Source: a virus (lineage: Duplodnaviria; Caudoviricetes). Taken from it: DNA of 64,000 nucleotides. The DNA lies in the IMG/VR virus record IMGVR_UViG_3300031853_000021, positions 14,689-78,688 of that record; one strand, 5' to 3'. The translations under genes were made by a program, and so were the position numbers. The number at the start of each line of letters is the position of its first letter. The first letter of the stretch is position 1. The notes under the pieces are model-generated. The model was not told the origin of the DNA. It ran no database searches and saw only the letters and a list, made by a program, of their open reading frames with translations. Positions 16,470 to 25,964 of this stretch are shown here, piece by piece.

Positions 16470-16994
16470 TTAGTTTTCTTTCAGTGTCCGGATCTCAAAT
16501 GCCACATAATCAAGCAGGCTCATGATGTCCGCTTCCATGCAGTCCTGATATGAATTCTTCATCAGCCGGATGCACAGCTTCACGACCCGGTCGACGTTCT
16601 CCCGGCAGATCTGCCAGAAGTTTCTTTCTTCCTGTGCTCCGTCGTCGTTGTATCCGTTTTCTTCGTCGTATTCGTCAAACGCTGATGCTTCCTTCTCGAC
16701 CGCTTCCGGATGCTCCGGATTCAGATCAAGGAACTTCTGCGTGATGACGTCCTGCATGACGAAGTGCACTTGCTTCGCCGCTGTCATGACGTCTTCTGCG
16801 TCCATCTTCCTGATCTGCGTCATCGGCACGCCGAAGATCTCCGACAGGATCCGCGCATTCGCTTCGACCGCGTCTTCGATCGATTCGGTGACGTTCTGTT
16901 CCATGATCTCCGTGTACCGCCTGTACTGTCGAACAGACACTGCCGCACAGATCCGTTCATCCTCTCCGTACGGCAGCGTCATTTCCGGCATCAC
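16470..16994 (-). CDS. Tail assembly chaperone, gpT-like segment (-1 frame)
   Basis: Between the gpG-like gene and TMP; in the -1 frame relative to the upstream ORF. Confidence 0.65.
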   Translation of the reverse strand: MMPEMTLPYGEDERICAAVSVRQYRRYTEIMEQNVTESIEDAVEANARILSEIFGVPMTQIRKMDAEDVMTAAKQVHFVMQDVITQKFLDLNPEHPEAVEKEASAFDEYDEENGYNDDGAQEERNFWQICRENVDRVVKLCIRLMKNSYQDCMEADIMSLLDYVAFEIRTLKEN

Positions 16995-17335
16995 TCGCCA
17001 CTTGTAAAATTTTTCTTGAACTTCTCCACCTTCGTGTCGACGTTCGCGGCGACGCTGACATCCATCATCGCGAATTCCATGATGATGTCTTCCGGCGACA
17101 GTTCGCTGATCAGTTCGTCGCGTGTGAACTGGTCGCCGTACATCTCCACGATCACGTCCATCATCTCGACGAACTGATTGTAGTTGTACAGCCGCTGCTG
17201 CTTCTCCGTCTCCATGATCTCGTCGCGCAGTTTGATATAGCGCATGTACGCCAGCGTCGTCATCTTCTGCGGCATCTGGTATTCCTTCCCGCCGATGATG
17301 ATCTTTCTTTTCTTCACTGTGTTGGTTGCTGCCAT
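16991..17335 (-). CDS. Tail assembly chaperone gpG-like
   Basis: Follows major tail gene; slippery site near its end; homologue at 55726-56067. Confidence 0.7.
   Translation of the reverse strand: MAATNTVKKRKIIIGGKEYQMPQKMTTLAYMRYIKLRDEIMETEKQQRLYNYNQFVEMMDVIVEMYGDQFTRDELISELSPEDIIMEFAMMDVSVAANVDTKVEKFKKNFTSGE
17006..17012 (-). other. -1 programmed frameshift heptamer A-AAT-TTT
   Basis: X-XXY-YYZ in correct phase; -1 frame open into the next ORF; conserved at 55741-55747. Confidence 0.75.
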
Positions 17336-17363
17336 TTTCGTCCCTCCTTAAAATGATCAGTTA

Positions 17364-17975
17364 TCAGTTGCCGGATGTCGGAAGTTCCTGTACGGATGCG
17401 AACCAGTTCGCGATCGCCGCTGCCGCGCTTGTATCCGCTTCCAGAAGGTTCCCTTCGTCGACCTCGACCTTGTAGTTTCCATCCATCTGGCGCTCGTAGA
17501 AGTTGCCCTTCAGCGTCGCCGTCTGTGTTTTGGGGCTGGCTCCTTCGGTTTCGTAGTTGTCTTCCATCCCCTGATCGAAGCGCCCGGCGTACATCCAGCA
17601 GAATTCGTATTTGCCGTTCAGCTTCTTCGCACGCCATCCGACCGCGACTTCCGGCGCCTTGTCGTTCTTGTTCTTCACAAGGTATCCGTTCTTGTACAGA
17701 TGACCGAAAACGCGGGACTTGTCCTGCGGCGCCAGCGCGTTCACTTCGAATTCAACTTCCGTTCCGGTGTACGTCATGTTGGTATCCTCGACGCTGTCGT
17801 CCGAATAGATCTTTTCGGATTCGAATTTGTCGCTGATCTTCCCGGTGATCGCGCGCGCCAGCTTTGTCGGTGTGTCGGTCGCGTACTCTGTTTCCGTGTT
17901 CTTCGTCACGTGTGCGACGTGGATGTCACGGAAGGACTTCGTTCTGCTTCTGACGATGGTCTGTGTGTCTGCCAT
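17364..17975 (-). CDS. Major tail protein (phi13 family)
   Basis: MADTQTIV start; YSDD, APEVAVGWRAKKLNGKYEFCWMYAG. Confidence 0.85.
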   Translation of the reverse strand: MADTQTIVRSRTKSFRDIHVAHVTKNTETEYATDTPTKLARAITGKISDKFESEKIYSDDSVEDTNMTYTGTEVEFEVNALAPQDKSRVFGHLYKNGYLVKNKNDKAPEVAVGWRAKKLNGKYEFCWMYAGRFDQGMEDNYETEGASPKTQTATLKGNFYERQMDGNYKVEVDEGNLLEADTSAAAAIANWFASVQELPTSGN

Positions 17976-17979
17976 TCTT

Positions 17980-18339
17980 TTATTCCTCCGTTTCTTCTTC
18001 GGCTTCCTCCTGATAGAAGAAGCGCATCGCATTCATGAAGACGCCCGTGTCCGGTTCCCCGGTGTCGTTCCCTTCCGTGAACTCGAACCCGTTCGCCTTC
18101 ATCAGTTTCTTCACCCGCTTCACCAGATCCTGCTGATCAGCTGTCGACCAGATATTGACCTGTATCGTCGCGGCTTCTACGTCGCAGTCATCATCGGAAT
18201 GCGCGGCGGCGTAGTCTCTTAATTTCCACAGCGTGATGTGCAGCTTCTTCAGTCTGGCATCGTACCATCCCTGCTGAACGGTGATCCCTTCGTCTGATAA
18301 AGGCTTCAGCGCATCCGCTGCCGTTTTGATGACGTCCAT
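17980..18339 (-). CDS. Tail terminator/completion protein
   Basis: Synteny; IQVNIWS, MKANGF motifs. Confidence 0.7.
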   Translation of the reverse strand: MDVIKTAADALKPLSDEGITVQQGWYDARLKKLHITLWKLRDYAAAHSDDDCDVEAATIQVNIWSTADQQDLVKRVKKLMKANGFEFTEGNDTGEPDTGVFMNAMRFFYQEEAEEETEE

Positions 18340-18343
18340 TCGT

Positions 18344-18775
18344 TCATCCTCCCAGCTTTTCGTTCAGCGCCCGCTGGAACTCTTCTTCCGCGATCTGGTT
18401 GTAGTCCGATTCTGATTCTTGCATCGTGTTTTCGATGAAGTCGCGTGCAGGCATCTTTGACGTGCCCCACTCCACGAACTTCATGTAGAACCAGTTCTGC
18501 GCATCGCCGTCCAGCTTCCACCCGACTTCGCCTTTCCGTGACGTGGCTTTCTTCGGGATGTTGTCAGCCGCATGTCCCGGCGGCCTGTACCCGTTCCGGC
18601 CTGACTTCGAATTGTCCGCTGATCGCGGCATATGCGCCTTCATTCGCGGTTCCGTGACGTCCGCGCTGCGCTGATAGATCCGTTTGTTCAAGGCGGCGAT
18701 CTCGCTGTCTGACGACAGTGTTTCCACCTGTGTCCGCAGGCGGTCGAAGCCCTCCATGTTGAACGTGATCTTCAT
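18344..18775 (-). CDS. HK97 gp10-like neck protein
   Basis: WFYMKFVEWGTSKMPARDF motif. Confidence 0.8.
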   Translation of the reverse strand: MKITFNMEGFDRLRTQVETLSSDSEIAALNKRIYQRSADVTEPRMKAHMPRSADNSKSGRNGYRPPGHAADNIPKKATSRKGEVGWKLDGDAQNWFYMKFVEWGTSKMPARDFIENTMQESESDYNQIAEEEFQRALNEKLGG

Positions 18776-18781
18776 CGCGCA

Positions 18782-19105
18782 TCAGTCCCTTCTGTTTGCT
18801 TTCAGCTGCACATACTGCCGTTCGTTCCTCCTGAAGTCCGACGCGAAGATGTCATACACTTCGCCTTCGAACTTGATGTAGTAGTCCTTCAGATGCTGCT
18901 GCATCGCTTTTATGGCTTTGCAGTACCGCACTTCGAAGATGATCGTGTTTTCCAGGCGGATGTCCAGCGCTCCGTACAGTTCGGATCCGTAAAGGTTCCC
19001 TATCTCGCACCATGCTTTATGATGCAGTGTCGGTTCTTCTTCCACGCGCCGCCCGGACACGATGCTGTAGTTCTTCCTGTAGATCTCGATCCGTGCCGCT
19101 GCCAT
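18782..19105 (-). CDS. Head closure (head-tail adaptor) protein
   Basis: Synteny; IFEVRY, YDIFA motifs. Confidence 0.7.
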   Translation of the reverse strand: MAAARIEIYRKNYSIVSGRRVEEEPTLHHKAWCEIGNLYGSELYGALDIRLENTIIFEVRYCKAIKAMQQHLKDYYIKFEGEVYDIFASDFRRNERQYVQLKANRRD

Positions 19106-19109
19106 CCCA

Positions 19110-19373
19110 TCACCTCAACATTTCCTTCAGCAGAAGGGATCTGACGGCGTACCGGATCTTCTCCGGCTGTGCCGTCGTGTTCCCTCTGTTGTCGTACATC
19201 TCCTTGATGTAGGCGCAGATCAGGATCTTCTGGCGGTTCGTGATGTTGTCCGGATCGAAGGAAGGAATCAGTTCCTTCATTTCGTCCAGCGTCGCGTTCA
19301 GCATCAGTTCGATCAGTTCATCGTCGTCGGTGTAGTCGACGCGGATGTACTGCTTCACTTCAGTCAGCGTCAT
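19110..19373 (-). CDS. Head-tail connector (gp6-like)
   Basis: LTEVKQYIRVDYTDDDELI...MYDNRG. Confidence 0.85.
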   Translation of the reverse strand: MTLTEVKQYIRVDYTDDDELIELMLNATLDEMKELIPSFDPDNITNRQKILICAYIKEMYDNRGNTTAQPEKIRYAVRSLLLKEMLR

Positions 19374-19414
19374 CTTTTCCCGCTCCTTTCTTCATGATCT
19401 GCATCCGGATCCGA

Positions 19415-20632
19415 TCAGCCGCCGATCGCTTCGGTGATCTCGCCCTTGATGACAGCAGCTTCGTCCACGGCCTGCACATCGAAGCGGTCGCGGACTTTGA
19501 TTCCGGTCAGATCCTTCGCCCACAGATCACCGGCTTCTGTAGAAAGTTCCACGGTGATCTTCTCGCGGTCGAACAGTGTCACGGCTTCCTTCAGATCGCC
19601 CATGTACAGCGGATACTTCGTATTGGATCCGGAAGTCACGGACTTCATGGTCTTGTTGCTGACGACATGGATCGGATACACGCCGAACAGAAGGCGCTTT
19701 GTCTTGTCGGTGACATCGGGCTGGATGATGTACTTCTTGTCTTCATCCTTCAGCTTGTCCAGATAGTTGAAGCCGTCCTGATTGGTCAGGACGATGGAAG
19801 ACGGCGCGATCGCTGCATCCAGCTTCACGTTGAAGACATCCTTCAGGTCGTCCACGCCGGTGATCGCCACGGCCTTCCCGGTCGTGATCTCGTTCAGCTT
19901 CGCAAGGATGGCGGCGTTTCTGGTCGCCCTGGACTTTCTGGCGATCCACTTGTTCAGGTATGCCAGGATGTTCGCAGCAGTGTCCTGAAGCAGTTCGCGT
20001 GTGGTCTTCAGGATGCCGCCCTTCTTTGCGACCTTGTATTTGATCTGCTTGAACTTCGGTGTATTCTGTTCGGTGAACGCTTCGCCTTCATCCACGTCAG
20101 GCCACGGTGTGCTGTCTGCGTCGATCTCGATCACGCGGGATCCGGACAGTGTGGTGACGTTCTCGACGTTGACGTACATTTCCAGATCGTTTTCAGTCCT
20201 ACGAAGTTCGCGGATGTCGGTCTGGATGTCCTGCGGCACAGTGAAGCCGCCGTCGGATTCGCCGTCCTCGTTCGGATCAGCTTCGGTCATGGCGTCCATG
20301 ATCTCCTGATCCTCTTTTGTCATCTGGCGCTTGCGCAGGCCGCACACGATACGGTTGACGAATGCGCGGGCGATGTCGGCCTTCGCGTACTTCTTCGCGC
20401 CCGCTGCCGCTCCGCCTTCGATTCCCTTCGCCTTGCCGCCCTTGACGGCGTCGTCGATGTCGTCGATCTCGTCTTCGTCCATCTCCATCATGATGTCGAA
20501 CTCCTGCTGCATCTCGCGCAGCTGATCCATCTTGTCCTTCATCTCCTGCGTCTTGCCCTGACCCTGAAGGCCGCGGATCGCGTTCTTCATGTCGTTGATC
20601 TTCTTCAGAAGTGCTCTTGCTTCTTTGCTCAT
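19415..20632 (-). CDS. Major capsid protein (HK97 fold)
   Basis: DGGFTVPQDIQT, TTRELLQD, LTNQDGFNYLDKLKD, YMGDLKEA. Confidence 0.9.
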   Translation of the reverse strand: MSKEARALLKKINDMKNAIRGLQGQGKTQEMKDKMDQLREMQQEFDIMMEMDEDEIDDIDDAVKGGKAKGIEGGAAAGAKKYAKADIARAFVNRIVCGLRKRQMTKEDQEIMDAMTEADPNEDGESDGGFTVPQDIQTDIRELRRTENDLEMYVNVENVTTLSGSRVIEIDADSTPWPDVDEGEAFTEQNTPKFKQIKYKVAKKGGILKTTRELLQDTAANILAYLNKWIARKSRATRNAAILAKLNEITTGKAVAITGVDDLKDVFNVKLDAAIAPSSIVLTNQDGFNYLDKLKDEDKKYIIQPDVTDKTKRLLFGVYPIHVVSNKTMKSVTSGSNTKYPLYMGDLKEAVTLFDREKITVELSTEAGDLWAKDLTGIKVRDRFDVQAVDEAAVIKGEITEAIGG

Positions 20633-20653
20633 GTGTTTAGATCCTCCTTTGAT

Positions 20654-21409
20654 TTAGATTCCCATCAGTTCCATTTCTGCGATCAGGTCAGCTTCTTCTT
20701 CAGCTTCCCTGTTCTCGACATCTTCCGGACGCTCTGTCCGGATGTTCTTCGGCGCGTTCTTCCAGCTGTCCATCATCCAGCTGACGCACGCAGCCATAGC
20801 AGGCCGTTCATCGATTTCGATGTCGAAGACTTCCTGCGCGTCCGTTGCAGACATCCATGTTTCCGCGTTGATCTTTTCGGTGATGTCAGATTCTGACACG
20901 CCTTCCTTCGCGTGCTGCATGTAGATGTCCGTGATGCTCTGCTGGCACTTGTCCAGTTCCGCGATCAGTGCTGTCAGATCGTCCGCGTTTCCGTAGGCTA
21001 AGACTGACGGCTTGTGAATCATGATCTGCGCGCCCGTAGACATCACGATTTCGTCGCAGGCCATCAGGATCACCGATGCGATCGATGCCGCCAGTCCGTC
21101 GACGACGCCCTTGATGTGCCCCGTATGACGGGACAGGATGCTGTGGATCGCGATTCCTGCGAACACGTCACCGCCGCCCGAATTGATGTAGACGGTCAGA
21201 TCTGCGTTCTGATCGATCTGGTTCATGAAGTCCGCGATGTCCTGCGGGCATGTGTCGTCCGCGCTCCATACATCCCATGAAGACGACACGATGTCGCCGT
21301 AGATGTACAGTTCCGCACCCGCTGCCGCGTTCCTGATCTCCATGTACCCCGTGTTCTCGATCTTCTTAGTCTTCGGATTCTTCCGCGTGAATCGGTATTT
21401 GTTCACCAT
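20654..21409 (-). CDS. ClpP-like prohead maturation protease
   Basis: INSGGGDVFAG, DGLAASIASVI, MIHKP, ETWM. Confidence 0.9.
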   Translation of the reverse strand: MVNKYRFTRKNPKTKKIENTGYMEIRNAAAGAELYIYGDIVSSSWDVWSADDTCPQDIADFMNQIDQNADLTVYINSGGGDVFAGIAIHSILSRHTGHIKGVVDGLAASIASVILMACDEIVMSTGAQIMIHKPSVLAYGNADDLTALIAELDKCQQSITDIYMQHAKEGVSESDITEKINAETWMSATDAQEVFDIEIDERPAMAACVSWMMDSWKNAPKNIRTERPEDVENREAEEEADLIAEMELMGI

Positions 21410-22838
21410 CGTCTTTCCCTCCTTCCTGCTTTATTTTCTGTTCCGGATCTGTTTCGGCTGTGTCTTCCGGATCCGCGCCGCCCGGCTGTCCTGCTGATGG
21501 AACAGTCCCGCCTTCCTGCGCTGCATTATGCACAGGCCGCTGCCGCGTCTGCTGTGCGTTCTGCTGTGGTTGGTTCTGCGCGTACTGGATGCCGACGTCT
21601 GCCAGCGGAACGAAGTTTCCGTTCACGATCAGCTGGTCGCCGCCCTCTGCATCCTGAAGATCCAGCTTCCGACGGCATTCGTTCGGCTTCTTGATGCCGT
21701 TCTGGATCGCCTGCGCCATGATCTTTATCTGTGTTTCGCTGTCCGTCCGCAGGATCGCTTTTTCGTTCAGCTTGTAGTATTTGCCTTCTTCGTAGCGTTC
21801 CACGTCCGTCAGCAGTTTCCAGTTGACTTCTTCTTCGTACTGCTTCAGCACGAACAGCATCGTGTCCACGTAGAAGGACAGCTGCTGCATTTCTGAATTG
21901 CTGTAGCTGCTCTTTTCGTAGTCGTTGATCTGGTTCGGTTTGATGCCGAATGCAGCCGCGATCTGAAGCGCCGAATATTTCTTCAGTTCGATGAACTGAC
22001 TGTCTGACAGTTTGATGTCCAGCGGCGTCAGCTTCATCCCCTGCGGGATCGGCAGGATCCGCCCGGTGTTCTTCGTCCCGGCTCCGTATGTCTCGAATGC
22101 CTGGATCAGCTTCCGCTTCGCTTCCTCGTTCAGGTCACCGGTGTATTCCAGCGTCGCCTTCGCGGTCAGGCCGTTCGCGTATAGATTGTTCAGGAAGTCC
22201 TGCGATGCCGCTGCGCCTTCGACGGTCTGCCGCAGGATCTCCTGCACCGGAAGTCCTGTGATGCCGTCAAGGGAATGCGAAGTCTTGAAGTGAAGGACTT
22301 CGTCGGTTCCGAAGACGTACTGCTGCCCGCTGTACTTATCGCTGTACACGTACCAGATCTTCCCGGCTCCGCCGAAGTATCCGGCATCGTCGACGACGAT
22401 CTGCACGCAGTTCGACGGCATGACCCACAGATCCAGCACCTTGTATTCGCCGCCGTATCGCTTCCTGCTGAACTTAGATCTGACGTACACGTAGGCGTTC
22501 CCGAAGTGATTCCTGTTCATCTCGACCGCATTCCAGAAGGCTGTCGGCGTCATGAACGGATTCGGCCTGTATTTCAGCAGCTTCGCCACGTCATTCAGTT
22601 CCGGTTCGGCGATGCCGTTCGCTGTCTTCTGGTAGTATTTCCACGGAAGTTTCGCGACGGTTTCCGACATCATCTTCAGACACGTGAAGTATGTGACTTC
22701 CGACAGTGCGCCGTTCCGGTTCTTCTTCTTGATTCCCAGCCATTCAAGGAAGGATTCTTCCGCCATGTCCGGCGATTCGATCGTCTGGTTCAGGAATGTC
22801 TTCTTGAACCAGTTCCTGATCTTCTGCCACCATTTCAA
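21366..22838 (-). CDS. Portal protein (HK97 family)
   Basis: RPNPFMT, EVLHFK, DGITGL, IAAAFGIKP. Confidence 0.92.
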   Translation of the reverse strand: MKWWQKIRNWFKKTFLNQTIESPDMAEESFLEWLGIKKKNRNGALSEVTYFTCLKMMSETVAKLPWKYYQKTANGIAEPELNDVAKLLKYRPNPFMTPTAFWNAVEMNRNHFGNAYVYVRSKFSRKRYGGEYKVLDLWVMPSNCVQIVVDDAGYFGGAGKIWYVYSDKYSGQQYVFGTDEVLHFKTSHSLDGITGLPVQEILRQTVEGAAASQDFLNNLYANGLTAKATLEYTGDLNEEAKRKLIQAFETYGAGTKNTGRILPIPQGMKLTPLDIKLSDSQFIELKKYSALQIAAAFGIKPNQINDYEKSSYSNSEMQQLSFYVDTMLFVLKQYEEEVNWKLLTDVERYEEGKYYKLNEKAILRTDSETQIKIMAQAIQNGIKKPNECRRKLDLQDAEGGDQLIVNGNFVPLADVGIQYAQNQPQQNAQQTRQRPVHNAAQEGGTVPSAGQPGGADPEDTAETDPEQKIKQEGGKDDGEQIPIHAEESED

Positions 22839-22844
22839 TCTTCA

Positions 22845-24587
22845 TCACCCCCTTTCCGTTTTTCTTGCTCTGCTTGATTCGTACATCTTCAGCCACATTT
22901 CCACACTTTCATTCACATCCGGCTTCACTTCTCCCTTCATCGCCATCGTCCAGGCGTCGATGATCGCGTCGACCGGATCGATCCTTTCCGTCTGGTATTC
23001 CTTGTCGATCTTGATTTCCCCGAAGCTGTTCGAAACTGTCTTCGCGTTCGCGATCGACCACGTCGTCATCTCGTTCCCGTCGTGCTCGACGTTTCCGGAT
23101 TCGATTTCAAGCCGGAAGTCCACTGTCGCATCGTTCAGCGCCTTCGCCGACTGCGTGATCGCCACGCTGTCGTATCCCAGCGCATCCAGATCCGTCAGGA
23201 ATGCGGACGCGTTGTGCGGATCGTAGCAAATGAACTGAACGTCCAGATTCAGCGCCTTCACGACTGTCTGAAGGTACGACAGGATGTACTTGTAGTCGGT
23301 CTTCACGCCGCCCATCGTCTCCGTGACGGTGATCAGTCCCTGCTGGATCCATAGATCATACGGCACGCGATCCGTGCGGATGTGTTCTTCCACGCGGCGC
23401 TTCGGGATGAAGCTGTGCACGTGGACGTAATACTTCCGGACGCCGTCCCTGATCGATGTGAACACGAACGCGATCGACGTCAGGTCGCCGCCGGATGACA
23501 GGTCAAGGCCGACATAGCATTTCTGCCCCTTCAGGTTCTGGATCGTTTTGTCCGTCTTCCCGGCCTTCCACAGTTCGATGTCCTTGATGTAGACGTCGTT
23601 CGTCCACTGGATCCACATGTTCAGCTGCTTGACGATGAAGTCACGAAGCGAAGATCCGCCCATCTCCTTCGCCGTCTCTGCGATCGGAACCATGTTTTCC
23701 AGCGCTTCCGGATCATATTCCAGAATCGGATTCGCCTTGATCCAGTTCTTCGGCGTCCACATGTCGTCGCCTTCATCCATCTGCGCGATGTAGATGAACT
23801 GCGAATCGTTCTTCGTGACGCCCTTCAGCACCTTCGCGCAGTATTCATACAGCGCGAAGCACGGCGACTTCAGGTCGAAGCCCGCTGTGGTGATGACGCT
23901 GATCAGCGCTGACTTCATCTTCTTGATGCCGCCTTCCAGCAGCTTGTACATCTGGTCGTCTTTGTGGGCGTGGTATTCGTCCACGATTCCCAGATACGGA
24001 CGGAAGCCGTCGATCGACTTCGTGTCGCCCGACAGCGCCTTGATCTTGCTGTATGTGTTCCGGCAGTCGATTGTTGAATTGTGTTCGTGTATGTCGAAGC
24101 ACTCTTCCAGATCCTGATCTGATCTGATGAACTTCACGATCTCATTGAAGACGATCAGCGCCTGATCCTTCTTTGTCGCCGTGCAATAGATCTGCCCGTA
24201 TCTGTAGCGGTCGAAATTGCCGTAGTATGCCGCCAGAATGCCGTTCAGGAAGGATTTACCGTTCTGACGTCCCAGTTGCACGTATGACGTTCTGAAGCGC
24301 CTGTGACTGCCTGCTTTCGTTCTCCATCCGTTCAGTGATCCCAGAATGAAGCACTGGAACGGATACGCCTGCACCTGATCCTGTTCTTCGCCTTCCGCGA
24401 TCGTCAGTGTCTCCGCGAAGTCGATGATCCTTTCGGCCTGTTCGACGTCGAAGTAGTACCTGTACGGCGCGGCCTTCGATGCTTCCAGATCTTCCATGTG
24501 GCGCTTGCAGGCCAGCTTCACCATTTCCCCGGCTGTTATCTTTCCCGCAAGGACGTCCGCAGCGTACTGTGTTGTCCTGTCCTGCAT
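22845..24587 (-). CDS. terL: Terminase large subunit
   Basis: GRQNGKS Walker A, IVDEYH Walker B, GLDLS, RIDPVDA. Confidence 0.95.
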   Translation of the reverse strand: MQDRTTQYAADVLAGKITAGEMVKLACKRHMEDLEASKAAPYRYYFDVEQAERIIDFAETLTIAEGEEQDQVQAYPFQCFILGSLNGWRTKAGSHRRFRTSYVQLGRQNGKSFLNGILAAYYGNFDRYRYGQIYCTATKKDQALIVFNEIVKFIRSDQDLEECFDIHEHNSTIDCRNTYSKIKALSGDTKSIDGFRPYLGIVDEYHAHKDDQMYKLLEGGIKKMKSALISVITTAGFDLKSPCFALYEYCAKVLKGVTKNDSQFIYIAQMDEGDDMWTPKNWIKANPILEYDPEALENMVPIAETAKEMGGSSLRDFIVKQLNMWIQWTNDVYIKDIELWKAGKTDKTIQNLKGQKCYVGLDLSSGGDLTSIAFVFTSIRDGVRKYYVHVHSFIPKRRVEEHIRTDRVPYDLWIQQGLITVTETMGGVKTDYKYILSYLQTVVKALNLDVQFICYDPHNASAFLTDLDALGYDSVAITQSAKALNDATVDFRLEIESGNVEHDGNEMTTWSIANAKTVSNSFGEIKIDKEYQTERIDPVDAIIDAWTMAMKGEVKPDVNESVEMWLKMYESSRARKTERG

Positions 24588-24605
24588 TACTGCGCCCCGT
24601 CCGCA

Positions 24606-25130
24606 TTATGCGAACTTGTCAAATTTGTTTCCCTTCGGCGCTTCCGGCGCTTTCGGAACGATCAGTCTGCATCTGGAAGACACGGTCAGCCCGAAGTCCG
24701 CCGCGCCTTGCCTGCACTGTCTGAAGTACCTGTCCTGCATGATCGCCAGACGCTCGACCTGGCTGTTCACCACTTTGATCGTCTGATAGATCGGACGCCC
24801 GTCTTCGTCCTTCTCCTTCGTCTCGATCGGCATGTCCACCATCAGCGGCAGCTGTGCGATCTGCTGCGTGATCTCTTTGTACTTCTCCTGTGCGATGACC
24901 AATCGTGCCAGCGCGTCCACGTCCAGATTCGAAATCAGGTCGATCGCGCGCAGCTCCTTCACCGTCTTCCGGAAGGCTTTCTTCTGCGTCGGCGTCAGGT
25001 ATGACGGCGCCGTGACCTTGTCGGCGGGCGCTTTCACTTCCGTCCGCTGCCTTTCCGCGATCTCTGCTTTCGTCAGATGTTTCTTTCCCTTCGCCTGAAT
25101 CAGCGAAATCGGCTGTCGTTGTCCTGACAT
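24606..25130 (-). CDS. terS: Terminase small subunit (P27 family)
   Basis: HLTKAEI, APSYLT, FGLTVSSR; directly upstream of terL. Confidence 0.88.
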   Translation of the reverse strand: MSGQRQPISLIQAKGKKHLTKAEIAERQRTEVKAPADKVTAPSYLTPTQKKAFRKTVKELRAIDLISNLDVDALARLVIAQEKYKEITQQIAQLPLMVDMPIETKEKDEDGRPIYQTIKVVNSQVERLAIMQDRYFRQCRQGAADFGLTVSSRCRLIVPKAPEAPKGNKFDKFA

Positions 25131-25212
25131 TTCGACCTCCTTTCCCGCTGCATTCCTTGCGGATATGTGTCAGATTATGACCACATCAGCCCGCAGGCCG
25201 TGTATTTTGGTT

Positions 25213-25235
25213 TTTTCGTGGGGAGTTTTCTCCAC
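25213..25235. other. Conserved motif in putative cos/packaging region
   Basis: 22 of 23 bases identical to 63971-63993, while the surrounding intergenic DNA is only partly conserved; between HNH and terS. Confidence 0.5.
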
Positions 25236-25253
25236 AGAATAGGATGGGCGCGA

Positions 25254-25721
25254 CTAATAGGGATTGCTGAAAACTTTTTCGATCCCCCCATGCCCTTCCC
25301 AATACGTCCGGAGAATGTCCCGCAGCTGTGCCTGCGTCTCTTTTTTTGTGGCTTCGTCCTTGTCATACAGTGCGGATATGATCCCGTGATTCTGATTCGA
25401 TAACGGGAACAGATTCGTCGGATCCAGCCGTCTGTTCCAGTCCTCTTCGACCTCCACGATGTGATGCACCATGTCAGCCGTCGCGATCTTCTTCTGGACA
25501 TAGAAGGCGTACAGATCCAGCCCGTCGTACTTGCTGATCACGAACGCCCGAAGGCCGCGCCATTCCTTGCTTATGTAGAACTGCGCCGTCTTCTTGTTCC
25601 GCCTGTACAGGTTGTATTCCATATGCCGCGACATCTGCCTGCTGCTGCCTGCTTCGCAGTCCGGGCATCTCTGGATCCCCTGCGGGATCAGTGCGCCGCA
25701 TCTGCATTTATGCCACAGCAT
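25254..25721 (-). CDS. Packaging-associated HNH endonuclease
   Basis: CRCG/CPDC zinc motif, MVHHIVEV...DPTNLFPLSNQNH; upstream of terS. Confidence 0.85.
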   Translation of the reverse strand: MLWHKCRCGALIPQGIQRCPDCEAGSSRQMSRHMEYNLYRRNKKTAQFYISKEWRGLRAFVISKYDGLDLYAFYVQKKIATADMVHHIVEVEEDWNRRLDPTNLFPLSNQNHGIISALYDKDEATKKETQAQLRDILRTYWEGHGGIEKVFSNPY

Positions 25722-25810
25722 TCTTTCACCTTCTTTCCTGAACACGAACACGCCGCTGCCACCCTTCCGGATGACAGTGCGTGCCGCTGTGGATGGACGA
25801 AAATGGCATA

Positions 25811-25845
25811 GAAAAAAGCAGCTGCGAATTCGTCCGCAGCTGCTT
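25811..25845 (-). terminator. Intrinsic terminator
   Basis: AAGCAGCTGCG/CGCAGCTGCTT 11-bp stem followed by a U-run on the minus strand. Confidence 0.8.
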
Positions 25846-25870
25846 CCCTCTTGCAACTTTCCACGCTACC

Positions 25871-25910
25871 ATTTTACTTCGTCCGTCCCACCATTAAAAC
25901 CCCAGCTTTT
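25871..25910 (-). promoter_or_regulatory. Candidate late promoter (-10 TAAAAT, weak -35, TGGGG direct repeats upstream)
   Basis: Minus strand TTGGGGAAAAGCTGGGG...TAAAAT downstream of the regulator gene. Confidence 0.4.
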
Positions 25911-25937
25911 CCCCAACATTTTGACCGGGAATTATTT

Positions 25938-25953
25938 CGTTTCATGTGAAACG
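25938..25953. promoter_or_regulatory. parS: parS-like 16-bp palindrome
   Basis: CGTTTCATGTGAAACG; core differs by 1 nt from GTTTCACGTGAAAC; intergenic; parAB about 2.6 kb away. Confidence 0.7.
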
Positions 25954-25964
25954 GTTTTAATCCT

